Virus record (IMG/VR): IMGVR_UViG_3300032312_001858
Span: 1 to 25,053 of that record
DNA length: 25,053 nt
DNA from: a virus
Lineage: Duplodnaviria > Caudoviricetes
Direction: 5' to 3' (one strand)
Of the stretch, positions 7,942 through 16,800 are shown piece after piece; position 1 is the first letter of the stretch; every line of letters begins with the position of its first letter. The position numbers and the translations under genes were made by a program. Under the pieces are notes generated by a model. That model was not told where the DNA came from, ran no database searches, and saw only the letters and a program-made list of their open reading frames with translations.

Positions 7942-8871
7942 ATGTCAAAATTTAAAAAGAGATCGTCTAAAACAAAGGGCTCAATAGTCGGTCCTAGAAA
8001 AGTTAACGTTCCAAATCTAGTAGGGCTTTCTAGGTCTGCTGCACAAAATTTATTATCTAGCGTTGGATTAATCTATACAGAGTCGACTGCAACTACATCT
8101 GTTTTATCAGAAGATAATTCCGTTTCTTCACAAAACATTTCTACTTCACAAAGCGTAACTATTGGATCACCGATAAGCTTTGTCTATAAAACTTATGTTG
8201 CTCCGTATAGCAATCCACCACCGTACTATAACCCATACGACAATCCGCCGCCTTACGATAATCCACCACCGTACTATAACCCATACGACAATCCGCCGCC
8301 TTACGATAATCCACCACCGTACTATAACCCATACGACAATCCTCCAGCGTATACAAATACTTATAGCAATCCACCTTTCTCTGGAATGGTATTTGTTTTC
8401 TCAGTTGGACCAGATACAAAAGTTTTAACGGTATCGGGATATAAGACTGCAAAAGATCTTGTTGTTGGAGAAGAGCTTTTGTCTTTAAACGTTGAAGAGA
8501 TCACCACATCTGGTCAGATGCTTGATTTAGAAAACTGGAGCTCAAATTCGTTTACCAGCAACGGCCTTGTAACGACTACAATAACTAATATAAGAAGTAG
8601 TGTTTCTAAATCTCAAGTACAAATAAATGGAGACTGGTTCTCAGAAAATCACTATATTCTTGTTAGAAAAAATAATATAAACAAATTTATAATGGCTAAC
8701 GATATTGACGAATCTTATGAGGTCTTTAATTATCAGCAACTATCTTGGGTAGATGTTGTTTCCATAGACAGGACTTTTGTGGATATGACAGTATTCTCTA
8801 TTGACTGTGAGCCCTACGACATGTTCTTTACAGAAGGAATGCTTGTTTATAACGTTAAAGAAAATTTATAA
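7942..8871 (+). CDS. PASTA + Tyr/Asn/Pro repeats + C-terminal Hint (Hedgehog/intein-like) domain protein
   Basis: PASTA region closely similar to that of the 6964 gene; Hint blocks SVGPDTKVLT...KTAKDLVVGEELL, FSENHYILV and VFSIDCEPYDMFFTEGMLVYN. Confidence 0.82.
   Translation: MSKFKKRSSKTKGSIVGPRKVNVPNLVGLSRSAAQNLLSSVGLIYTESTATTSVLSEDNSVSSQNISTSQSVTIGSPISFVYKTYVAPYSNPPPYYNPYDNPPPYDNPPPYYNPYDNPPPYDNPPPYYNPYDNPPAYTNTYSNPPFSGMVFVFSVGPDTKVLTVSGYKTAKDLVVGEELLSLNVEEITTSGQMLDLENWSSNSFTSNGLVTTTITNIRSSVSKSQVQINGDWFSENHYILVRKNNINKFIMANDIDESYEVFNYQQLSWVDVVSIDRTFVDMTVFSIDCEPYDMFFTEGMLVYNVKENL
8212..8342 (+). repeat. Perfect 48-bp tandem repeat, about 2.7 copies (NPPPYYNPYDNPPPYD)
   Basis: AATCCACCACCGTACTATAACCCATACGACAATCCGCCGCCTTACGAT at 8212 and 8260, with a partial copy at 8308. 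Confidence 0.95.
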
Positions 8872-8882
8872 GTGTTGATTGT

Positions 8883-9599
8883 ATGTTAAAAAAAATTATA
8901 TTTATTCCTAAGACAAAATATACACATTCTTACGCCCCATTACCAGAGCCTGCTGCAAAAAATATTCCAGAATGGTATAAAAATGAACCAAAATATATTG
9001 ATGATTCAGTTGACATACAAAAAAATGGAATGCCAAATTTAAGTATAAAAAAATGCATGCCAGTTTTTGATGCAATGACAGCAGGATATATATTAAAATT
9101 CCCAACTGATTTATTTATAGATGCAACAGGACAAAGACTTGTTTATACACAATCTAATCAGTTTGATTCAGCTCTCGTTACTACAAATCACCCAGATCAA
9201 GTAAAAAATATACCATTTAATAGAAAAATTTACATGGACGAAATTATTAAAATACATCCACAGTGGATGATTAAAACAGAAGAAGGCTACAGCTCAATAT
9301 TTTTGCATCCAATGTTTAATGAAGATTTAAAATTTAAAGCAATCAGTGGAGTTGTTGATACCGATAATTTTATTTCAGATGGCGGCTTTTCTATATTAAT
9401 AGAAAGAGGATTTAAAGGGGTTATAAAAAGAGGAACGCCATTAATTCAAGTAATACCATTTAAAAGAGAAGACTACGCCATAGAAGTAGCAAGCTTTGAG
9501 GAGTATGAAGACGAGGTGCTAGAAAATATTATGAATGTTAGGTGTCAGTTTGAGGGCGGGTATAAAGATCGTGCTAGGCAGAAAAAAAACTATAAATGA
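8883..9599 (+). CDS. Phage protein with dUTPase-like motifs, function unknown
   Basis: IPEWYK...KKCMPVFDAMTAGY...ISGVVDTD...IKRGTPLIQVIPFKRE; the last two resemble trimeric dUTPase motifs 3 and 4. Confidence 0.55.
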   Translation: MLKKIIFIPKTKYTHSYAPLPEPAAKNIPEWYKNEPKYIDDSVDIQKNGMPNLSIKKCMPVFDAMTAGYILKFPTDLFIDATGQRLVYTQSNQFDSALVTTNHPDQVKNIPFNRKIYMDEIIKIHPQWMIKTEEGYSSIFLHPMFNEDLKFKAISGVVDTDNFISDGGFSILIERGFKGVIKRGTPLIQVIPFKREDYAIEVASFEEYEDEVLENIMNVRCQFEGGYKDRARQKKNYK

Positions 9600-10057
9600 A
9601 ATATTATCTTTATACCTGTTATTGTGGTCCACAAAGAACTAGAATGCAAGAAGAACGAGGTGGCGGAAACTATATTTACGAAAACTGCCCCATGCTTAGT
9701 GCTCCATACTTAAACAATACCCTAGAAGATTTACTTGACTATAGAGCAGAATATTTAAGAAAAAATATAGATGAGGTAAAGAATGTGTTTAGGAGATTTG
9801 GGTGCTCTAAAGCTCACCTAATAGGCAGCTTTGTTCAAAACCAAACAAAATCTTCTAGCGACATGGATTTTGCAACAGATATCGATTATTCAAAAATAAA
9901 CCTAATTGATGAAATAAATAAAGAGCTTTCTTTATTGCTAAACATTAAAGTTGACGTAATACCTTATTTTTTTCTTGAAGGCCAACCTCACTACGACTTA
10001 TTAGAAAAAGCTAGCATAGTCATTTTTGACGACACAAATTGGAAAATGGTAAAATGA
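9596..10057 (+). CDS. Minimal nucleotidyltransferase (MNT/Pol-beta-like)
   Basis: AHLIGSFVQNQTKSSSDMDFATD (GS...DxD) and ELSLLLNIKVDVIP (third Asp); N-terminal extension containing three Cys. Confidence 0.72.
   Translation: MKYYLYTCYCGPQRTRMQEERGGGNYIYENCPMLSAPYLNNTLEDLLDYRAEYLRKNIDEVKNVFRRFGCSKAHLIGSFVQNQTKSSSDMDFATDIDYSKINLIDEINKELSLLLNIKVDVIPYFFLEGQPHYDLLEKASIVIFDDTNWKMVK
10014..10033 (+). repeat. 20-bp direct repeat, copy 1
   Basis: GCATAGTCATTTTTGACGAC, identical to 10615-10634. Confidence 0.9.
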
Positions 10058-10620
10058 AAGAGTTGGCTCCAGGAATAGTAATATTTAAAAACATATTTTC
10101 TGACTCTATGGATTACATAAAAAAAATAGAAGACTCAGGAATTTCTTGGAACTCCGCAGAGGTTCTAGTAAATGAAAAAGATATTAAATCGGAGAAAAAT
10201 ACAAAGCAAAGAGACACCGACTTAATTATGCTTCCTCATCATGAATCGTATAAAAATAATATTTTATATGAATTTACAAAACAATTCCATTCAAATTTAA
10301 GGCCTTGCCTTGATGAATATATTAATACTTATGGGGCAAAGATAGAAAGGTTTGAAAACCCACAACTTCTTAGATACGGCAAAGATCAGATGTTTAATAG
10401 CCATATAGATGACCATCCAATGCTTACACGAAGAATATCGTTAACGTATTATTTGAATGACAATTACGAAGGAGGAAATGTTGAGTTTGACAGGCATTCA
10501 CTAACATTTAAAGCAAAGAAAAATGACCTTCTTATATTTCCTTCAAATTTTATGTATAGCCACAAAGTACACCCAGTTACCAAAGGGCTACGTTATGTAG
10601 TCGTTCAGTGGATGGCATAG
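10054..10620 (+). CDS. 2OG-Fe(II) dioxygenase (prolyl-hydroxylase-like)
   Basis: HIDD...RRISLTYYLNDNYEGGNVEF...LIFPS...HKVHPVTKGLRY; start placed at the ATGA overlap at 10054. Confidence 0.9.
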   Translation: MKELAPGIVIFKNIFSDSMDYIKKIEDSGISWNSAEVLVNEKDIKSEKNTKQRDTDLIMLPHHESYKNNILYEFTKQFHSNLRPCLDEYINTYGAKIERFENPQLLRYGKDQMFNSHIDDHPMLTRRISLTYYLNDNYEGGNVEFDRHSLTFKAKKNDLLIFPSNFMYSHKVHPVTKGLRYVVVQWMA

Positions 10621-10634
10621 TCATTTTTGACGAC
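10615..10634 (+). repeat. 20-bp direct repeat, copy 2
   Basis: GCATAGTCATTTTTGACGAC, including the TAG stop of the oxygenase gene. Confidence 0.9.
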
Positions 10635-10666
10635 TCAAAATTAGCAAATACTTAGTATATAAAAAA

Positions 10667-10686
10667 TGGTAAAATTGTGGTATGAT
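10667..10686 (+). promoter_or_regulatory. Tandem extended -10 elements (TGG TAAAAT; TGG TATGAT)
   Basis: Intergenic, upstream of the 10736 gene. Confidence 0.5.
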
Positions 10687-10735
10687 TACATATAAACTAA
10701 TTGTTAATTAGCGAATATTAAAAGAGAGGCTACCC

Positions 10736-11005
10736 ATGGCGAATGAAAAAAGTGCCTGGCAAAAGTATAAGGATAATCTAGGAGATGTCAGACCCTGGGA
10801 CATGTTTAATCCAAACTCTGAATGGGCATCTGAAGAAGAGGCAGATAAAAGATACAGTATTTGTCAAGAGTGTCCACAGCTTATTAAAGCAACAAAGCAA
10901 TGTAAGAAATGTGGGTGCTTTATGGTTGCTAAAACAAAGCTGGCACACGCAGAGTGCCCTATTGGTAAATGGGGCAAGGAAGAGATTCCTGAAGACATTA
11001 TATAA
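10736..11005 (+). CDS. Small Cys-rich putative metal-binding protein (DUF6171-like)
   Basis: RYSICQECP...QCKKCGCFM..K......CPIGKW; GAGG RBS. Confidence 0.65.
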   Translation: MANEKSAWQKYKDNLGDVRPWDMFNPNSEWASEEEADKRYSICQECPQLIKATKQCKKCGCFMVAKTKLAHAECPIGKWGKEEIPEDII

Positions 11006-11025
11006 AAGAACTATAATCTAGTAGG

Positions 11026-11041
11026 GGGTATAATATAACAT
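11026..11041 (+). promoter_or_regulatory. -10 element (GGG TATAAT) positioned for a leaderless transcript
   Basis: TATAAT at 11029-11034 lies 7 nt before the ATG at 11042, with no RBS in between. Confidence 0.6.
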
Positions 11042-13213
11042 ATGGCCATTCTATTCCCAGTTACCCTAGATCAACTGTTAAATCCAACAGGTGTTGATTC
11101 TGTTCAGCTTGTATCACATGCCGCCCAGCACTCAAATGCCAATGACGCAATTGAAGCCTTACAGGTAAAGGTTGGAGTTAATAACTCTACAGATGTTGCA
11201 AGCTTAGACTATAAGGTTCGTGATTTAATATCTAAGATTTATACCAATGAGATGGCGCAAGATACAATTGCCGCCGCATTGGCAGCAGGAACTCATACTA
11301 ATATAACTGTCGGATACGACGACGTTGCAAACTCATTAAGCTTAACAGCAACCTATGACGATGAAGAGGTCATGGATGCAATTGCTACATCCTTAACGGC
11401 TGGCACAGGAATTACAAAAGTTTATGATGATGTTGCAAACACAATTACAATTTCAGTAGATACCACAGTTATAGCAACAAAAACATATGTAGATACAGCG
11501 GTGTCAGGCCTTGGGAATACAGCAGCTAACACCTACGTTCCGCTCTCCCTGCTTGGAAATGCAGACGGTGTTGCAGAGCTTGACGAAGCTGGATTTGTAC
11601 CTGCATCTCAATTAAACATAGATGAAAAAATTCAAGATGTAGCAGCAAAGCTAATTACAGATGGAACTCACTACAACATAACCGTCTCATATAATGATAC
11701 AAATGCAACACTAAGTTTAAGTGCAAATTATGATGATGAAGAAGTAATGGATGCAATTGCGACATCATTAACGGCGGGCACAGGAATTACAAAGACTTAC
11801 GATGATGTTGCTAATACAATAACCTTAGCAGTAAATACATCCGTAATTGCTGATCAAGCATATGTAAATCAAAAGATTGCTGACTTGGTTGCTTCTGCCC
11901 CTGCAGTATTAGATACATTAAAAGAGATTGCAGATGCTTTAGGAAATGATGCTAATTTTGCAACAACCATAACATCTGCTCTTGCTACTAAGCTAAATAT
12001 AACTACTGCGGCCAGTACATATCTTTCAATAGCTGATGCCCCAGAAACTATATCTGATACAGCAGGAGCAATGTTTGCTCACGCAGGGCATACAAATGTA
12101 ACCGCAACATATGATGATACTACAAATAAAATTAACCTTGCTGTTACAGCACAATTAACTCAAGAACAAGCACAAGACTACATAGCTCCATTATTCACAC
12201 ACGGATTAAATCCTAACATAACAGCAACATATGATGATACAAACAATCGTCTTATTCTTGAAACAATTATTCCACCTTCAAAAGCTATTATGTCTGCCTC
12301 TGCTCCAACATCTCCAGCAGACGGAGCCTTCTGGTTTGATACAGATGAATATAGAAGCGGTAACACAAGAGCATTAAAGGTTTGGCAAGCATCAACGTCA
12401 TCTTGGCAATATGTTTCTTCAGATCTTTCTTTGTCCACAACAAATACATGGACATCTAAGAATACTTATACTAATGGTGTGATTATTGGATTAGACTCAC
12501 CGCCTGAGTCTCCAGTACACGGACAAATTTATTACAACAAGCCCCTAGACAAGTTAAAAGTATGGGACGGACTTCTTTGGCAAGACATTCAGGGCTCTGG
12601 CGGAGGCGGAGGCGGATTAACTTTAATTCCAACAGACGTAACTGCACCACCAAGCACATTCTTTGTTGGACTAATTGCCCCACCAACAGGAGCAACAGCA
12701 AACGGAGATCTTTGGATTGATGTTGATGATATTGACACGCCGTTTAACCAATTCTTTACTGGCGGAGTTGCACCAGATCCATCTCAATATGAATTTTGGG
12801 TTGACAACGTTGAACCAATCCAAGAATTAATTTATAGCGCAAACGAGCCAGGCACACCATCTTACCCAGGAGAGCTTTGGATTGACACAGATGATTTCGA
12901 CGGTGCAATTGTAGAATTTGGTGCCACTGCGCCTAATCCAAATAACGTTCAGCTGTGGGTAGACATAAATGAAAATGAGTCTCCAAGTTTTTATAAAGAT
13001 TTAACATTTACTAATTATGCAACAGTTGCAGATTTTCCACAAAATGCACCAAATGGGTTTGTTGCCTCAGACGCATCAAGCGGTCTGGCATACGTAAGAA
13101 GCCAGGGCCAATGGTTAGCAATAGTAACTGCATCTAATATAAACAGTATTATTTCTTCAAACTCAACAGTATTTGAAGATTTAAAAGCTTTAGCCTGGAT
13201 GGGATTTGAATAA
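11042..13213 (+). CDS. Repeat-rich tail fibre-like protein
   Basis: Six D...G/H.NIT..YDD..N.I.L repeats; APAVLDTLKEIADALGND; about six AP..P..G.LW.D repeats. Confidence 0.75.
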   Translation: MAILFPVTLDQLLNPTGVDSVQLVSHAAQHSNANDAIEALQVKVGVNNSTDVASLDYKVRDLISKIYTNEMAQDTIAAALAAGTHTNITVGYDDVANSLSLTATYDDEEVMDAIATSLTAGTGITKVYDDVANTITISVDTTVIATKTYVDTAVSGLGNTAANTYVPLSLLGNADGVAELDEAGFVPASQLNIDEKIQDVAAKLITDGTHYNITVSYNDTNATLSLSANYDDEEVMDAIATSLTAGTGITKTYDDVANTITLAVNTSVIADQAYVNQKIADLVASAPAVLDTLKEIADALGNDANFATTITSALATKLNITTAASTYLSIADAPETISDTAGAMFAHAGHTNVTATYDDTTNKINLAVTAQLTQEQAQDYIAPLFTHGLNPNITATYDDTNNRLILETIIPPSKAIMSASAPTSPADGAFWFDTDEYRSGNTRALKVWQASTSSWQYVSSDLSLSTTNTWTSKNTYTNGVIIGLDSPPESPVHGQIYYNKPLDKLKVWDGLLWQDIQGSGGGGGGLTLIPTDVTAPPSTFFVGLIAPPTGATANGDLWIDVDDIDTPFNQFFTGGVAPDPSQYEFWVDNVEPIQELIYSANEPGTPSYPGELWIDTDDFDGAIVEFGATAPNPNNVQLWVDINENESPSFYKDLTFTNYATVADFPQNAPNGFVASDASSGLAYVRSQGQWLAIVTASNINSIISSNSTVFEDLKALAWMGFE

Positions 13214-13219
13214 GCATTC

Positions 13220-13230
13220 TGGTATACTTT
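13220..13230 (+). promoter_or_regulatory. Extended -10 promoter (TGG TATACT TT)
   Basis: Intergenic; followed by an AGGAGG RBS. Confidence 0.65.
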
Positions 13231-13249
13231 AGGATAGGAGGGTCATAAT

Positions 13250-13870
13250 ATGTCATTAAAAAGATGGAATGGTACAGCGTGGGTAACCGTTGCTGGCTCA
13301 AGACCAGGACCCCAAGGTGCAACAGGACCTACAGGTTCAGCGGCAACTATTTCTGTAGGAACAGTAACAACTGTTGCAGCAGGAACATCAGCAGCAATTA
13401 CAAACGGTGGAACATCATCTGCTGCAATATTTAATTTTCAAATTCCAGCAGGACCTACTGGTGCAGCAGGAGCAGCGGGATCTCAGGGTGTGGCGGGACA
13501 AAGAGGTTCTTATACATTTACAGGCATTGCTAATCCAACAGGATCAAATCCAGCAAGCAAGCTAGGGCTTGATACATATTTAAACACAACAAGTGGAGAT
13601 TACTTCCAATATAATTCTACAAACTCTACATGGGTACTTCAAGGAAACTTAAAGGGCCCAGTAGGAGCAGCTGGTACACAAGGTATCACTGGCCCAACTG
13701 GAGCAACTGGTCCAGCAGGAGAAACAGCAGTACAAAATGTAATAACAGAGCTAGAAAGCTGGAAGGCAGACCAGATACTAAATCTTGGTGTATACTATCC
13801 AAAGTACGAGTTCTTAACAAATATGTCGCAAAACAATGCAACACTTTTAGCAACAAGCATGATATTCTAG
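13250..13870 (+). CDS. Collagen-like (Gly-X-Y) tail protein
   Basis: GPQGATGPTGS; GPTGAAGAAGSQGVAGQRG; GPVGAAGTQGITGPTGATGPAGE. Confidence 0.8.
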   Translation: MSLKRWNGTAWVTVAGSRPGPQGATGPTGSAATISVGTVTTVAAGTSAAITNGGTSSAAIFNFQIPAGPTGAAGAAGSQGVAGQRGSYTFTGIANPTGSNPASKLGLDTYLNTTSGDYFQYNSTNSTWVLQGNLKGPVGAAGTQGITGPTGATGPAGETAVQNVITELESWKADQILNLGVYYPKYEFLTNMSQNNATLLATSMIF

Positions 13871-13882
13871 GAGACAAAAACT

Positions 13883-16800
13883 ATGGCAAGAAAAATTTTA
13901 AACTTAACGGAAATTGAGTTTGCACCACTAACAGGAACTCTAAAGCTTCCTCAACTCATTCGCAGAGAAAAGCTTCTATTAATTACAAATACAACAGCGA
14001 ATAAGATTGTTTATAATTTTGCAGACCCAGCACTTGGCCTATACAGCTTTAACCTAGATACAGATACAGACCAGTCACACGGAACTACAACGCTTGTTTT
14101 AAAGTACAATACAGCAAATATGTTGCCAACAGACAGCTTCCAAATTGTCTACGATGAGAATAATGAAAGATTTGAACCAGCAGACTACATGGTAGATGCT
14201 GTAGGAAAGCTTCGTACAGCAAGCCCAACATCTCTTATCGATACTGACTTTGAATACGGTATTCAGAACTCTAAGTGGGAAACACTTACAATGATTCAAA
14301 ATTACCCAGGCTTCTTTGGAAGATCATCGGGAGGAAACGCATTAGATCTACAGCTAGTTGTAGGAAACAATGCAAACCCATTTTCAACTGTTACAGTAAC
14401 AACAAACTCTCCTCACGGACTTAGCTCAGGAGATGTTATTTCTGTTCAAGAAACAACATCAGATGTAGCAGACGGAACTTTCTTAGTTACTCCACTTACT
14501 TCTACTACATTCTCATACATTGCAAAAGGCAGAGTTAATGGAAATGTCCTAGATGGAACTTTAACTTCTATATACGGCGGAGGAATTTTTGACAACGCTC
14601 ACATCATGGGCGGTATTACTGGGAATCTAGGATCATTTGCTGCAGTATCAGATCAAGCAACCCCATCAAGAATTACAATTGTTTCTCCAAAGCCACACGG
14701 TCTTCTTCCAGGAACACCAATTCTTATTACACAAAAAGAAGGAAGCAATTTCTTTGGAAGCTTCTTTATTGATACAGTAGACACACCAAACTCGATGTCA
14801 TTTATGGCAGCAGGACAAATTACTAACCCAATCAATACAAATGATCAGGGAGTTTATGCTAAGCCAGAAGGTTATGTAAACCATAGACCACATGATGGCG
14901 GAGTTATTCTTTCAACAGGTAATAACGTATGCGGTACTCAGACAATGCGTCAAACACGTAGATATTTTAGATATCAGTCAGGTAAGTCAATTCAGTTCTC
15001 AACAGGAACAAAGTTTACTCCAACATTCCAAGTAGAATATATTGCTGCAACAGGAATTGTTCCAGGGTCACAACAAATTACAGTAACAACAAATGCTTCT
15101 CACAATTTACAGCCAGGGGCTTATGTAAAGATTGATGGTGTTGAGGTTTCAGGTTCATATAATCCGTTTAACGGAATTCACCTTGTAACATCAATTATTG
15201 ACTCTACAACATTTAAGTATATTGTAGTGTTTACAAATACACTATCAGCAATTGATCAAATCCCAGGCGGAGTAAATGTATTTTGTACAGCATACATTTG
15301 GAAGGGTGCATCGACAAGAGCTGGTTTGTATTCAGAGCAAGATGGATTCTTCTTTGAATATGACGGACAAGGAATTTTTGCTTGCCGCCAATGGGCAACA
15401 AATACCCTTAGAGGAAATATTGCGGTAACAAGATATAGTTCAACTGTTACAGGAATAGATACAATATTTAGAAAGCAACTTGTCTCAGGAGACAAAATTG
15501 TAATCCGTGGTCAAACTTATAGAGTTCTACAAATTGCATCAGATTCATCTTTGACAATCTCCCCAGCATATCGTGGAGCATCTCAATCAAGCGTTAAGGT
15601 GCGTAAGGTTCAAATTATTAAGGTTAAGCAGGCAGATTGGAATCTTGATAAATTTGATGGAACTGGTCCTTCAGGCCACAAGTTTGATCCATCAAAGATG
15701 CAGATGACTTACATCGATTATTCATGGTATGGCGCTGGAACCATTAGATATGGATTTAGAGGCCAAGGCGGGAAGATCACATGGTGTCATGAAATTTCAA
15801 ACAACAATAATAATTATGCGGCGTATCAAAGATCAGGTAACCTGCCTGCAAGATACGAAGCAATCAACGAGCCTACTAAGTTCTCAAAGCTAGTCGCAGG
15901 CGGAACAGCAGCAAGAGGCTCAAACCTTCTTCCACAAGATACAGTAATGTATGTTGATAACGTAGACTACTGGCCAGCAAATGGTTACATTAGAATTCAA
16001 GATGAAAACTATGTAGAAATTGCAAAGTACACATCTATCGGTGCATATAGCCAAACAGCTAAAGGTTATGCTATGAACCTTGTTCGTAGACAGCCTTACG
16101 TAACATACTACTCTGGACAAGCCTACAACCTAAATGGAACATATGTAGCAGCAACATTTAGACCAGACTCCACAATCCCTGGCGGATCAGGGTCTGCTCA
16201 AGTATCAGTACAAGTTATTTCTCAAGAGTGTGCTCCAGTTATGAGCCACTGGGGATCTTCAGTAATTATGGACGGTGGCTTCGATGATGATGCTTCCTTC
16301 ATCTTTACAGCTGGTATGCAGCGCTACTTGCAGGTCGGTGGTTCTGGATCTGTTTCAGCAACTATTGTTTCTAGAGTAAGAACATCAGGAGTTGCAACAA
16401 TTACAACTTCAGCACCTCACTCATTGCTTGCAGGATATAATGCAACAGTATCAGGTGTAAACGATGTATCTACAGTTACATATAAGCAGTTAACTAACAA
16501 CCAGGCAATACTTACAACATCTGTTGCACACAGACATAGATCTGGACAAACAATTACTGTTACAGGTGTAGACGGAGTATTTAATGGAACTTGGACAATT
16601 ACTGGTACTACTAGCACAACAGTTATATTTGCTAGAACGTCAAGTAATATTCCGTTCCAGGCAGTTTTGCCAGGTGCTACAATAACTTCATCAAGCTTTT
16701 ACAATGGAACATTTCTTGTTAGCAATGTTACATCAAACACAATTTCATATGCAGTTGCACAAGCCGATGAATCCTCATCAGCGGTTAGCCCTAATGGAGC

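Noticed and set aside
8212-8342. CRISPR-like array
   Set aside because: The copies are contiguous, have no unique spacers, lie in frame within a CDS, and no cas genes are present.
8401-8853. Mobile self-splicing intein
   Set aside because: No homing endonuclease, the +1 residue is Val, and only 5 residues follow.
13250-13870. Collagen repeats as the obvious substrate of the prolyl-hydroxylase-like genes
   Set aside because: Pro sits in the X position (GPT, GPQ, GPA), not the Y position used by collagen prolyl 4-hydroxylases. Not excluded, but less likely than the adjacent PPP tracts.
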